Below are positions 1 to 10,119 of a stretch of 64,000 nucleotides of DNA, piece by piece. The DNA is taken from NCBI GenBank assembly GCA_963701075.1, contig OY969559.1, positions 1,312,001-1,376,000 on the forward strand, read 5' to 3'. The stretch is from an uncultured Nitrososphaerota archaeon (GTDB taxonomy: Archaea; Thermoproteota; Nitrososphaeria; Nitrososphaerales; Nitrosopumilaceae). The notes beneath the pieces were generated by a model. It had not been told where the DNA came from, ran no database searches, and saw nothing but the letters and a program-made list of their open reading frames with translations. Position numbers and translations under genes: made by a program. The stretch's first letter is position 1. Each line of letters begins with the position of its first letter.

Positions 1-453
1 AAGTCATATCGATTCTAGCTGTACTCGATGGTGCTATTGTCGGTGTTATGATTCCGCCTGAGGTAGTGATCTCAAAACCCACTTTTGATATACAGATAAA
101 TTGTGACTCGAGGAAACTTGAAGTCTGTCTTTTCAAATATAATTATTAATGCAATTCAAGCAATGGAGGACAAAGGGACACTAAAGATTAGCATGATAGA
201 TTTAGGATCAAGCATCCAGTTGGAATTTGAGGATACGGGACTTGGCATACCTGCCGATATACTTCCAAAAATATTTGATCCTCTGTTTACTACAAAACAA
301 ACAGGAACAGGTCTTGGACTGTCAATTTGTAAAAGTATTGTAGAGCAACATGGTGGTACAATATCTGTGAGATCTCCGCCTACCGTGTTTACTGTAAGGC
401 TGCCAAAAAATATCTTACCAAGATATGAAGTACATTCTTCTTACACTACTTGA
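1..453 (+). CDS. Sensor histidine kinase, C-terminal HATPase_c part (5'-truncated by window; apparent +1 indel at ~122-126)
   Basis: N box (VFSNIIINAIQA), G1 (DTGLGI), F (IFDPLFTTK) and G2 (GTGLGL). Frame 3 from the window start reads ...IQINCDSRKLE and joins this ORF if one base in GAAGTCTGTC is removed. Confidence 0.85.
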
Positions 454-486
454 TTAAGAAAATATTCTATTTGTTAAAAGAAATAC

Positions 487-789
487 TTAACGCAGTTTAC
501 TCTGTCGTATGATGTGAATGACTCTTCCATCATTTAATGTGTATTGAACAGAGACTATCTTATCTAAAGGAACATCTTTGAATATCTTATCTGATTGCTC
601 TTTGATGTATTTGTATTCATTTTTGTATATTTCAGGTTCTGTGCTGGACTGGTCAAAGAGAAATTTTGCAATTGCTAATTTTATAATGGTGTTACTTGAA
701 CAGTTCTTGCTTCTAGATAAGTTATCTACACACGTTATCATGGACTCTGGCATAGTTATGCTCATTACGCTATCAATGCCATGTATCAT
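487..789 (-). CDS. Small protein with a ribbon-helix-helix-like N-terminus
   Basis: SITMPESMITCVDNLSRSKNCSSNTIIKLAI matches the CopG/RHH beta-alpha-alpha pattern. Confidence 0.5.
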   Translation of the reverse strand: MIHGIDSVMSITMPESMITCVDNLSRSKNCSSNTIIKLAIAKFLFDQSSTEPEIYKNEYKYIKEQSDKIFKDVPLDKIVSVQYTLNDGRVIHIIRQSKLR

Positions 790-832
790 CAGTATGTAAG
801 ATAAAACCTGTGGAATTTTTATTCGGGGTTGG

Positions 833-847
833 GTTCCAAAGTGGAAC
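833..847. promoter_or_regulatory. Palindrome GTTCCA-AAG-TGGAAC upstream of ORF 487..789
   Basis: Perfect 6-bp inverted repeat centred 51 bp upstream of the start codon, just beyond an AT-rich TATA-like element. Confidence 0.4.
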
Positions 848-859
848 TGTCAATAAGAT

Positions 860-1264
860 TTAATGTATGTTCTTCAGGGCGCATGAATTTTCTATTTTTT
901 TGACCAAAAACTCTAATGAAAATGGCTTTTGCAATATCTCGATAGAATCTTTTAGTATGGCAGAAGCATCATCTAGAATTCCATTTCCAAATGCAGACGC
1001 AAATATGATTTTTTGATGTGGCCGTAAATCCAGTATCTCTTTTGCTACTTGTACGCCGTTTTTCTTTGGCATGACAAAATCCAGCAAAACTACATCAAAT
1101 GGATATGAATCGACAGAGCAGTTTTCCAACGCTTTTTTGTATTTTGATATACATTCCTCGCCGTCTCTTGCTACTGTGATAACATGCTGATTTTTTTCAA
1201 ACACTTTTCTGTATTGCAGAGCTGCGAATTCATTATCTTCGCCTGATAATATTCTGAGTCCCAT
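860..1264 (-). CDS. Stand-alone response regulator receiver (CheY-like)
   Basis: ED acidic pocket, VLLDFVMP phosphoacceptor and LQKPF. Confidence 0.92.
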   Translation of the reverse strand: MGLRILSGEDNEFAALQYRKVFEKNQHVITVARDGEECISKYKKALENCSVDSYPFDVVLLDFVMPKKNGVQVAKEILDLRPHQKIIFASAFGNGILDDASAILKDSIEILQKPFSLEFLVKKIENSCALKNIH

Positions 1265-1305
1265 ACTGTGGCTTTATTTGTATAGTTGATAAATTAATAC
1301 TAGTC

Positions 1306-1320
1306 TGTTCATGGTGCACA
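1306..1320. promoter_or_regulatory. Island motif copy TGTTCA-TGG-TGCACA
   Basis: Near-perfect palindrome centred 49 bp upstream of the receiver start; 18/24 identical in context to the copy at 10011-10034. Confidence 0.5.
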
Positions 1321-1325
1321 AACAT

Positions 1326-2792
1326 CTAGTTGAAAAGAGATTTCTGAATCTTCTCATTATTTCTATGATGCGTCATAGGGATGGAAAAAAGTATGGTGGC
1401 TCCACCGTCTGGATTGTTGTATGCCTGGATATTTCCATCGTGAGCGTCTATGATTCCCTTGCAGATGTATAACCCCAAACCACTGCCATCTAGATTTTCT
1501 CTTTTGTGACTTTTTGTGGCAAATTTGTTGAATATTTTATGGAATATCTCTGGATGTATCCCAATACCAGTATCACTAACTCTGACCTCTACCATGTTGT
1601 TATCATTGAGAGACGATGTTATGAGTATGCTTCCACTACGTGTAAATTTTATCGCGTTATTGAGTATGTTTCTAATAACTTGACCGATACGTACCTTGTC
1701 AGCCTCAACCTCGATATTTCCTGACAATTCTGTTTTTATTGATACGTTCTCATTTACACTTACTCGTGCTGCTTCGGATATGTCAGATATGAGTATATTA
1801 AGATTGAATTTTTCAATTGACATCTGTAGTCTACTGTTATCTATTTTTCCTATGTCCAGCATCTTGTTTGCTACTTCTTCAATTTGACGAGCCTGCTTTG
1901 CGATTCCGGAAAGGGCTTCTTCTTTATCCATATCTCCACATTTTGCAAGTTCCACAAAGCCGTATATTGGATTAAGCGGACTTTTAAGCTCGTGAGATGC
2001 TTCACTAATGAATTCATCTTTTAATATGTTTAATTTTTTGAGTTTTTCATTTGCTTTTTGAAGTGATTTCGTTTTTTTGATTACCTCATCTACTAAATCT
2101 CTATTTATCTGATTTACAAAATAGCCAGATATTAAAGAAATGATGCCAGCTGATATTATCATGATAATTTCCAATGTTAAAGATTTTTGCTTGTTTTCAT
2201 CTACCGCGGTTTCTATATTTTGATATGATGATTCTGTATCTCGTAAAAGATCATTTTGCTTTGCATATAGTGATTCTCCCTTGATCTTTAAATCTGCTGC
2301 AAGGGTATCTAGTTTCGCATTGTCAATCTTGTCATCTGATTGAAAAATATTATTTGCCGACTGTTCATATTCAGTATTGAGTTCTTCTATCTCTGTCATC
2401 TTTGTTAAAGTAAGATTAAACTGTGAACCTACGTACTCTTGAGGTAATATGTCCATCCCTATTTTCATGATGTTTTCTGCTTGCATGATCTGATTGTTCA
2501 TAAGATTGTTGTAATTCTGAAATTCATTCTCTGATGACTGAAATCCCAGCATATCTTTTATTTGTAAAGATCTTATTGCATTATTGGATAAGATTTCCTG
2601 ATTTTTTTGAATGTTACTCATCTGAATTATTGTCTTTTCAAGCGGTGTGTTAAAGTCTGTTACAATCCTCATCTGGTTGCTAAAAGTATAGGTAGTAGAG
2701 ATACTCAGAGATATTGCAATCCCTAGCATTAATATTATGATGCCAACTGATGCGCCAATTCTAAAACCATTACTTGCCTTTTGATATTTCAT
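1326..2792 (-). CDS. Membrane sensor histidine kinase (TM, helical extracellular sensor, TM, HisKA, HATPase)
   Basis: Two TM helices, H box ASHELKSPL, N box NILNNAIKF, DTGIGI and GSGLGL. Confidence 0.95.
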   Translation of the reverse strand: MKYQKASNGFRIGASVGIIILMLGIAISLSISTTYTFSNQMRIVTDFNTPLEKTIIQMSNIQKNQEILSNNAIRSLQIKDMLGFQSSENEFQNYNNLMNNQIMQAENIMKIGMDILPQEYVGSQFNLTLTKMTEIEELNTEYEQSANNIFQSDDKIDNAKLDTLAADLKIKGESLYAKQNDLLRDTESSYQNIETAVDENKQKSLTLEIIMIISAGIISLISGYFVNQINRDLVDEVIKKTKSLQKANEKLKKLNILKDEFISEASHELKSPLNPIYGFVELAKCGDMDKEEALSGIAKQARQIEEVANKMLDIGKIDNSRLQMSIEKFNLNILISDISEAARVSVNENVSIKTELSGNIEVEADKVRIGQVIRNILNNAIKFTRSGSILITSSLNDNNMVEVRVSDTGIGIHPEIFHKIFNKFATKSHKRENLDGSGLGLYICKGIIDAHDGNIQAYNNPDGGATILFSIPMTHHRNNEKIQKSLFN

Positions 2793-2819
2793 GATTATCG
2801 TCTCACATAAACTCTAGAA

Positions 2820-3299
2820 TCATACCGATCTACCAGGGCCTACAGGTATTGAAGTTCCAGAATATCCATCCCAGTCTTTGAACCCGCGTCCCACGATCTC
2901 TCTCCACATGCTAATGGCCCACCCCTCAACTTGGAAAATTAAAGCTTGTAATGTGAATGGTTTATTCATGACTTCTACTGGCTCTTCAAGACTGCGTAAT
3001 TTTTTGACGACTTCTGTTCCATAGCCCGTGATGAAGATTATTCGTTGTTTTGAGTTTACTCTTTGAATTTCTCTTGCTACGTCCATTCCATCCATTCCAG
3101 GCATTTTCTGATCTAGTATTACTACATCAAAAAATGATTCGACTTTTTTATTGGTATTTCTTAGAGAATCTGAATATGTTTGAAGACATTCTATGCCGTC
3201 TCTTGCTGTTGTAACAATATGCCCTCTATTTTCAAGTGCAATCTTGTATGTATCTGCTAAGTCTTGACTATCTTCTGCAACAAGTATCCTTAAGGCCAT
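2820..3299 (-). CDS. Response regulator receiver protein
   Basis: ILVAED, VILDQKMPG and NKPF; co-oriented directly upstream of the kinase. Confidence 0.92.
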   Translation of the reverse strand: MALRILVAEDSQDLADTYKIALENRGHIVTTARDGIECLQTYSDSLRNTNKKVESFFDVVILDQKMPGMDGMDVAREIQRVNSKQRIIFITGYGTEVVKKLRSLEEPVEVMNKPFTLQALIFQVEGWAISMWREIVGRGFKDWDGYSGTSIPVGPGRSV

Positions 3300-3400
3300 C
3301 TTAACACATCTAATTTATGTGTAAAATATTTCCATATAGTACCTTGTTTGTTTGGAACAAACATATAGTGATGGAATAACGACGCTATATTTTTTAGAAC

Positions 3401-5416
3401 TTAATTCATTAACCTCATGAATCTTTTGTCGATCCTAAATCCTTCAAGATCTTTTTCATCTCTTAAAACCTCTTTATATCTTGAATCCATTGAAATCATA
3501 AATTCCAATAGGTTGAAAGATTCTTCCTTTCTTCCGTCCTTTAACATGGCACATGATTTGTAATAAATTGCGTTCGTATTGATGGGGTTGGATAAGAGTA
3601 TCTTGTCAAAGCACTCTATTGCATCGTTATATCTTCCAATTGATGATAACAATCTTCCTTTCTGGCATAATGTATTTCCATAGTTGTTATCGTATTCTAT
3701 TATTTTATCGTAACATAATAACGCCTCTTCAAACAGATCCAGAGACTCTAGTGCCAATCCTTTGTTGTATAATGCAGGTATGTGGGTTGAATTTACACTC
3801 AATATCTTGTCAAAGCACTCTATTGCCTCTTCCCGCCTTGTCATTTCTGAAAGCAAGATCCCTTTGTGGTATAGAGATGGCATGTGATTTGGGTTGATAT
3901 TCAATACCGAGTCAAAAGATACTATGGCTAAATCTAAAAGACCGACTTTTGTTAGTACAATCCCTTTGTGAAACAACGAAGGCAGATGATTCGCATTGAT
4001 ACGCAACACTGCATCATAACACATTATGGCATCATCGAAATGTTCTAGTGATTCGCACATCGTTCCCTTGTTATATAATGCAGGAATATTACCTTGATTG
4101 ATTCCAATCGCTCTGTTGAAACAATCTATGGCTTTTTGTGGATTGATTTCTGATAATGCCATTCCTTTATTGTGCCAAGATAACTCATGGGTTGAATTTA
4201 CACTCAATATCTTGTCAAAGCACTCTATTGCCTCTTCCCGCCTTGTCATTTCTAGCAATGCCAATCCTTTGTTGTATAATGCAGGTATGTGGGTTGAATT
4301 TACACTCAATATCTTGTCAAAGCACTCTATTGCCTCTTCAAACAGATCCAGAGACTCTAGTGCCAATCCTTTGTTGTATAATGCAGGTATGTGGGTTGAA
4401 TTTACACTCAATATCTTGTCAAAGCACTCTATTGCCTCTTCCCGCCTTGTCATTTCTGAAAGCAAGATCCCTTTGTGGTATAGAGATGGCATGTGATTTG
4501 GGTTGATATTCAATACCGAGTCAAAAGATACTATGGCTAAATCTAAAAGACCGACTTTTGTTAGTACAATCCCTTTGTGAAACAACGAAGGCAGATGATT
4601 CGCATTGATACGCAACACTGCATCATAACACATTATGGCATCATCGAAATGTTCTAGTGATTCGCACATCGTTCCCTTGTTATATAATGCAGGAATATTA
4701 CCTTGATTGATTCCAATCGCTCTGTTGAAACAATCTATGGCTTTTTGTGGATTGATTTCTGATAATGCCATTCCTTTATTGTGCCAAGATAACTCATGGG
4801 TTGAATTTACACTCAATATCTTGTCAAAGCACTCTATTGCCTCTTCCCGCCTTGTCATTTCTAGCAATGCCAATCCTTTGTTGTATAATGCAGGTATGTG
4901 GGTTGAATTTACACTCAATATCTTGTCAAAGCACTCTATTGCCTCTTCCCGCCTTGTCATTTCTGAAAGCAAGACCCCCTTTTTGTATAATATATTGACA
5001 TTGTAACGATCTATGTACAATATACTTTCACAAGATTCTATTGCTTGTTCGAGTTTACCTGATGATTCTTGAATGATTACTTTACAGTAAATTGCTTTCG
5101 TATTGTTGGGCTGTAATTTTATTATGTTTTCTATTTGTTCAAGTGCATCATCATAATTTCTTGTATTGTAGAAAAAATTACATAATCCAAATTCTATTTC
5201 TGTGGATAGTTTAGTAGATTTTATATTGCAATTGCTTTTCTGTGTTAACTTTTTATAAAGTCTTATCAAAGATTCCAATTTCTCTTTTTCTTTATGGGGA
5301 ATTTCTATTTTTATAAGGTCGTAATTAGTAATCAACAGTGTCTTTTTTACAATACATTTGATAATATTAGATATGAGCGATATTTGTAATTGGGATTTTT
5401 CTAGGTCTGAATACAT
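3401..5416 (-). CDS. Tetratricopeptide repeat protein
   Basis: Many 34-aa units of the form ALYNKGLAL...EEAIECFDKILSVN. Confidence 0.93.
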   Translation of the reverse strand: MYSDLEKSQLQISLISNIIKCIVKKTLLITNYDLIKIEIPHKEKEKLESLIRLYKKLTQKSNCNIKSTKLSTEIEFGLCNFFYNTRNYDDALEQIENIIKLQPNNTKAIYCKVIIQESSGKLEQAIESCESILYIDRYNVNILYKKGVLLSEMTRREEAIECFDKILSVNSTHIPALYNKGLALLEMTRREEAIECFDKILSVNSTHELSWHNKGMALSEINPQKAIDCFNRAIGINQGNIPALYNKGTMCESLEHFDDAIMCYDAVLRINANHLPSLFHKGIVLTKVGLLDLAIVSFDSVLNINPNHMPSLYHKGILLSEMTRREEAIECFDKILSVNSTHIPALYNKGLALESLDLFEEAIECFDKILSVNSTHIPALYNKGLALLEMTRREEAIECFDKILSVNSTHELSWHNKGMALSEINPQKAIDCFNRAIGINQGNIPALYNKGTMCESLEHFDDAIMCYDAVLRINANHLPSLFHKGIVLTKVGLLDLAIVSFDSVLNINPNHMPSLYHKGILLSEMTRREEAIECFDKILSVNSTHIPALYNKGLALESLDLFEEALLCYDKIIEYDNNYGNTLCQKGRLLSSIGRYNDAIECFDKILLSNPINTNAIYYKSCAMLKDGRKEESFNLLEFMISMDSRYKEVLRDEKDLEGFRIDKRFMRLMN
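3723..4948. repeat. Exact tandem duplication of a 609-bp unit (6 TPRs), with nested 102-bp units
   Basis: AAACAGATCCAGAGACTCTAG occurs at 3731 and 4340. The core GGGTTGAATTTACACTCAATATCTTGTCAAAGCACTCTATTGCCTCTTC recurs six times. Confidence 0.9.
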
Positions 5417-5574
5417 TTCATCACATCTACTGGCTAAAACAAAAATCTCTTATTCTGTTCAACCGTTGATATCTGACAATGTAAATCATAGGTTAAAAGT
5501 GATTGATTGCGCAAATCGAATGAGCTTGTGAGAGACAGTGTAGTAAAAAGCAATATCATTTAAAAACTTGTAAT

Positions 5575-7254
5575 TTACTCGTTAATTTTGCAATCTGATA
5601 ATGGTATTGAAAAATTCTCAAAAAACTTTCCAACATCCGTCTTTTTAATAGTGCATGTCACATACAAAAGGTTCAGACTGGAATCATTTTCCTGCGTGGC
5701 GTTGTTTGTTTGATTTGCAAACTTGCTCAATGAATCAGTAAGATTTCCCAAATCTGCTCCTGAAAATGATAAATTTGTACTGTTATCGATTGTAGAATTT
5801 CTATATAGTATATTCTGGAGCTCTTGCGGAGTTATGCCAAACGTAGCGTTTTTGCCAATGATCTGTTGTAATTCATCAGGGGTCATATTGAGAGTGGCAT
5901 TCTTACCTACTATTTCTTGTAGCTCTTGAGGAGTCATGCCTAACATATTGTTATTTGAGGAAAGTTCGTCTGATGACATGTTGTTGACAGATTCTCCAAT
6001 GAGTTGTTGGATTTGAGCTTGCGTCATATTGAGAGTGGCATTCTTACCTACTATTTCTTGTAGCTCTTGCGGAGTTATGCCAAACGTAGCGTTTTTGCCA
6101 ATGATCTGTTGTAACTGATCGGATGTAATGTTGAGTTTGGTGTTATTATCTATTGATATTTCGGGATATGAGACATTGGTTTGATTTGTAGATAATACAT
6201 CCGATGAAGAATTTGAATTGGAAAGATCTATTGAAACAACATTGTTTGAGAAAAGACTAGACACATAAAGTTTGTTAGTAAGAGAATTTATGGCAATATT
6301 TCTGGATGATATGCCCGAATTAATCTCATTCAATACCTTATTTGAATTTCCGTCTATCTCAAATATGGTTCCTGTTTGTTCATTAGCTTCGTATATCCTA
6401 TTAGTTATTGGATTAATTGCTATTGCTGATGAACCTGACATTGTTGGTATGGAGGTTATCAAGCTATTTGTAGTGCCATTGATAACTGATATGGAACCGG
6501 AATTCCAGCAAGTCACATATGCCAAATTGCTGATTGGATTTACTGCCACCCCCCACGGGCCTCCGTCTATTGGTACGGTAGAAATTATTTTGTTTATGTT
6601 TCCATCAATTACAGTAAGAGAGTTTGATAAACTATCTGGCACATAGATTCTATTGGTAAAAGGATTTACTGCCACCCCCCACGGGCCGTTTCCTACTGGT
6701 ATATTTGTTAATACTGTATTGTCAGATCCATTAATGACTGATACTGAATTGGATATCAAATTTGTAACATAAATTAGATTGGTGGAAGGATTTACTGCCA
6801 CCCCCCACGGGCTGTTCTGCACATGTATATTTGTTACAATCTTGTTTGTATCGCCATTTATTATTGATACCTCATTTGAGAATCGGTTAGTAACATACGC
6901 CATATTTGTAAGTGGATTGATATCTATATGCGCAGACCCCGCGCCAACTAGAAATCCATTCTGATCAAGCGGTATGTCAGTTATTTTTTTATCTACTGAT
7001 CCATCGATGGCTGTAACAAAACTGAATACATAGCTAGTGACGTATATTCTATTGGTCGTCGGATTTACCGTCATCCCGCTGCTTCCCCATCCAACATTTA
7101 TGTTCGACATTGAACCTGATGCATATTGGATAGCAATGATGCTTACTATGGCCCCAGCTATTGCTAAGGCATACAGGCCTTTTCTCATGTAATCTGAACT
7201 GCTATGAAACATAATTAATTGGTGGGTGGATGTTATGAACAAAAAATACGTCAA
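5575..7254 (-). CDS. Secreted or membrane-anchored YVTN beta-propeller protein with a C-terminal repeat stalk (likely start ~7188)
   Basis: N-terminal hydrophobic segment, 42-aa PWGVAVNP..IYVTN repeats and C-terminal TPQELQxIxGKNAT repeats. Confidence 0.88.
   Translation of the reverse strand: MTYFLFITSTHQLIMFHSSSDYMRKGLYALAIAGAIVSIIAIQYASGSMSNINVGWGSSGMTVNPTTNRIYVTSYVFSFVTAIDGSVDKKITDIPLDQNGFLVGAGSAHIDINPLTNMAYVTNRFSNEVSIINGDTNKIVTNIHVQNSPWGVAVNPSTNLIYVTNLISNSVSVINGSDNTVLTNIPVGNGPWGVAVNPFTNRIYVPDSLSNSLTVIDGNINKIISTVPIDGGPWGVAVNPISNLAYVTCWNSGSISVINGTTNSLITSIPTMSGSSAIAINPITNRIYEANEQTGTIFEIDGNSNKVLNEINSGISSRNIAINSLTNKLYVSSLFSNNVVSIDLSNSNSSSDVLSTNQTNVSYPEISIDNNTKLNITSDQLQQIIGKNATFGITPQELQEIVGKNATLNMTQAQIQQLIGESVNNMSSDELSSNNNMLGMTPQELQEIVGKNATLNMTPDELQQIIGKNATFGITPQELQNILYRNSTIDNSTNLSFSGADLGNLTDSLSKFANQTNNATQENDSSLNLLYVTCTIKKTDVGKFFENFSIPLSDCKINE
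5821..6112. repeat. Internal 18-codon repeats (TPQELQQIIGKNAT) in the YVTN gene
   Basis: Identical DNA blocks at ~5821/6064 and ~5883/6023. Confidence 0.8.
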
Positions 7255-7402
7255 TTTGGCCTTTTTATGTGAAAAAATAGGACTGGGAACCGGAACATTG
7301 GGAATGATAGTTAGGTCCCCAGCACTTGAGTTCTGAATGCATTGTAACTAAATTAACATGTGTTTGCATGAACCGCACAAACTCAGCAAATAAAATATAA
7401 GG

Positions 7403-7933
7403 TTGAATCTAGTTGGATTAACGTTGGAAATACTCATAGCTGACGACGAACCTGATCTCTTGGACCAATACAAATTTACTCTTGAAGCAAAAGGTCATAA
7501 CGTCATAACTTGCAAAGATGGAAAACAATGTCTTGATGTATACCTAATTGAATCTGAACAACAAATTGCAGGTGATCCCACATCTCCATTCGATGCTGTG
7601 ATCTTGGACTATCAAATGCCTGAAAAAAACGGTATTGAAGTGGCAAAAGGAATCTTGGCGGTTAATCCACACCAAAGAATCATATTCGCTTCTGGTTATA
7701 TCCAAGAAACTTTCCTGGATTCGATAAAACAACTAGGACAAATAACGGAAATAATGAAAAAACCATTTTCATTGCAAGCGTTGGTTGATACTATTGAGGA
7801 TAAGGATATCTATTCGCAACTGGAAAAGCTAAATGTCGATGTATCTGTAATTAAAGAGCTGAATCCATCACATGCACAAATAAAGGCATATTTTGATGTC
7901 TTGTGTAGGCTGCAAAAGGGCAGAACTTTTTAG
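7403..7933 (+). CDS. Response regulator receiver with a short C-terminal helical extension (likely start 7424)
   Basis: ILIADDE, ILDYQMP and MKKPF, followed by ~40 extra C-terminal residues. Confidence 0.9.
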   Translation: MNLVGLTLEILIADDEPDLLDQYKFTLEAKGHNVITCKDGKQCLDVYLIESEQQIAGDPTSPFDAVILDYQMPEKNGIEVAKGILAVNPHQRIIFASGYIQETFLDSIKQLGQITEIMKKPFSLQALVDTIEDKDIYSQLEKLNVDVSVIKELNPSHAQIKAYFDVLCRLQKGRTF

Positions 7934-7986
7934 AAATTCATGCTTGACGATACTGTAGTGTGTATGTTGCAAGTTTTGATGGCGTC

Positions 7987-9021
7987 TTATTGAGTGTCAT
8001 TGCAAAATCCGTTGTCAGTGTTATTATATAATGATTGTATGGCAGCAACATCGCATTCTGATATGTATGGGTAATCTGTTTGAATTGTAGCATGCATGAG
8101 ATCTTGAGGATCGCTTGTATGTGGAAGACCTAATGCATGACCAAATTCATGTCTTACTATTGTTGCAAGTTGATTGTCTGTAAGCTTATCTGCGTCATAG
8201 ATAGTAATAAAAGATTTTAAGATCTGCGAATTGTCAACGATTGATCTGGTATATCCAGAATATCCGTCTGGATCTTCAAGCTGGGATAAAACTATGACAA
8301 TTTGGCCAGGTCCATCATTAGACTCAACAATGTTAAAATCAGTTGGAACGTAGAACTCGGTATCTGGTATCGTACTTAGCGCGCCTTTCCAACCCTTAAA
8401 GTATTCTGATTTTCCATCTGATGGAGACTTGCCTAGTAAAGAATTGTCTATGTATAATGCATTCGTTGAGAGAATAGCGTCTTCTACAGTGTTAATTTTT
8501 TCTTGACTTAGTTGGCCTGGATTTATTATGCTCACTGTTAACGGCATGCCTTTGGCAATGTTCCAGTATTTGTGAGTGACATCTGCCTGCCCTTGAAGAT
8601 TTTCTATCAAATACCGTGTTTTTATATTACTAGAGATATCTGCAGAATTTACTTGATAATGGTTACTGACTACATAGAATAGTAGAACTGCAAGTATTGG
8701 TAATACTATCAATTCTGCTTTTAATATGGTTCTTGCACTAAGCTTTTGAATTTTCCTCTTTACTGTAATAATTTCATGTGAAATTTTATTCTGTTTTTTA
8801 ATTAGATCACTGATTTCTTCTGGTGGTACATCGCTATCCAATGATTGATTATAACTTTCTTCATGAATCTCTAGTAATTGTAGTTGTTCTGTTGTCTTAT
8901 TGAGTTCTTTTGTTAGTACTGATAATTGTAATTTTAGCTGTTTGATGGATCTTGCCTTATCTGATGTTTGTTGATCTATTTGCATTTTACAAAGACAACT
9001 CCTTATTTTTAGCCAATCCAT
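7987..9021 (-). CDS. Membrane-anchored matrixin (M10-like metzincin) zinc protease
   Basis: HEFGHALGLPH zinc motif, Met-turn DLMH, N-terminal coiled coil and a single TM helix. Confidence 0.9.
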   Translation of the reverse strand: MDWLKIRSCLCKMQIDQQTSDKARSIKQLKLQLSVLTKELNKTTEQLQLLEIHEESYNQSLDSDVPPEEISDLIKKQNKISHEIITVKRKIQKLSARTILKAELIVLPILAVLLFYVVSNHYQVNSADISSNIKTRYLIENLQGQADVTHKYWNIAKGMPLTVSIINPGQLSQEKINTVEDAILSTNALYIDNSLLGKSPSDGKSEYFKGWKGALSTIPDTEFYVPTDFNIVESNDGPGQIVIVLSQLEDPDGYSGYTRSIVDNSQILKSFITIYDADKLTDNQLATIVRHEFGHALGLPHTSDPQDLMHATIQTDYPYISECDVAAIQSLYNNTDNGFCNDTQ

Positions 9022-9025
9022 CCAC

Positions 9026-9919
9026 CTAACTTAATGCCATGATGAGGTCCCATGGAGTTAGGACATTGTTTAGTGTCATAACAAAAGAATGTTTCATACC
9101 TAACATAATTTTACACATATCTGGTATCCTTGTATTTTCAGAAATTATTCTTCCATTTTTTAGATTAAGTGTTGTTGACTTTAAATCAAAAAAATTGTTA
9201 ATATTTTCAAGATAATTTAACTCTATGATTTTTTCAAATATTATTTGGGGATTGACAAATTGAGGCGTATTTTCTAGTACTAAAACTTCTGTTTCGTTTT
9301 GAATCATCTGTGCTATGATTGTACCAATGGTGTCATCTCGATTAAAAGTAGGAATTAACTTGAGAGGCATATCGGAAACTCTCATACACGTATCACATAG
9401 TACACCTACTTCTAACAAACGTCTTGCCGAAACAGTGGAATAATTCCCGTCTTCATTTTTAACCAAGGCAAAATCCCTTTGTATGTGCTGCATTTTTTTA
9501 AGTAAATCATTAACTTTAGTAGTGGAAGAAGCCACATACAGATTTCTATTCATTACATTCTGAACTGTTAGATCTGAGAAGAAGGAATGATCTGGGTTTT
9601 TTGAAAACTCTTTAATGACTTCTTGTCCTCCGAGCATCCCAACTGGAATATCATTTTCCATTGCAACCAAATTATTTGTAAATGTTTCTAGAAATCTAAC
9701 AAGCATCGAAGTAGCAACCCATATCTTTTCTTTGCTTTCTATCGTAGCCATTGATGAATATACAAGTAAATGCGGCAGAATGTCCTCTATCGTACACTCA
9801 TTTAGGCGCAAATTCTTTTGGTTACTAGTGGATGGAAATAATATGCGTTCTCTATGTGTTTTAACAGTATCATTCAGACGCAATTTACTCTTCAAATTAA
9901 ACATGAAATCCATATTCAT
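9026..9919 (-). CDS. CBS domain-containing protein (degenerate CBS pairs)
   Basis: IPVGMLGGQEVIK, LTVQNVMNRNLYVASSTTKV and MRVSDMPLKLIPT resemble CBS repeats. Confidence 0.7.
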   Translation of the reverse strand: MNMDFMFNLKSKLRLNDTVKTHRERILFPSTSNQKNLRLNECTIEDILPHLLVYSSMATIESKEKIWVATSMLVRFLETFTNNLVAMENDIPVGMLGGQEVIKEFSKNPDHSFFSDLTVQNVMNRNLYVASSTTKVNDLLKKMQHIQRDFALVKNEDGNYSTVSARRLLEVGVLCDTCMRVSDMPLKLIPTFNRDDTIGTIIAQMIQNETEVLVLENTPQFVNPQIIFEKIIELNYLENINNFFDLKSTTLNLKNGRIISENTRIPDMCKIMLGMKHSFVMTLNNVLTPWDLIMALS

Positions 9920-10016
9920 TTTAAATCACAACTGAAATACGCTGAAACGCCACCATTTGTAGAGATCATGCGAAACATGTTTTTCTATTGAGGAATTGGA
10001 ATGATATTTTCTAGTA

Positions 10017-10031
10017 TGTTCACATTGAACA
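10017..10031. promoter_or_regulatory. Island motif, perfect copy TGTTCA-CAT-TGAACA
   Basis: Perfect palindrome in the intergenic region upstream of the CBS-matrixin operon. Confidence 0.55.
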
Positions 10032-10119
10032 GACTTGTGTCTGATTTTATTGTACCAACAGAAAAATTACTTCAATATATTTAATGTATAGTGTTTATGT
10101 TATTAGTTAATTTTAAATT

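Noticed and set aside
3723-4948. Regularly recurring ~49-bp repeats as a possible CRISPR array
   Set aside because: The period is 102 bp in frame within a TPR ORF, the intervening sequences are themselves repeated, and there are no cas genes.
6540-6812. Three copies of TTTACTGCCACCCCCCACGGGC
   Set aside because: They are spaced ~126 bp apart and encode the PWGVAVN motif of the YVTN blades.
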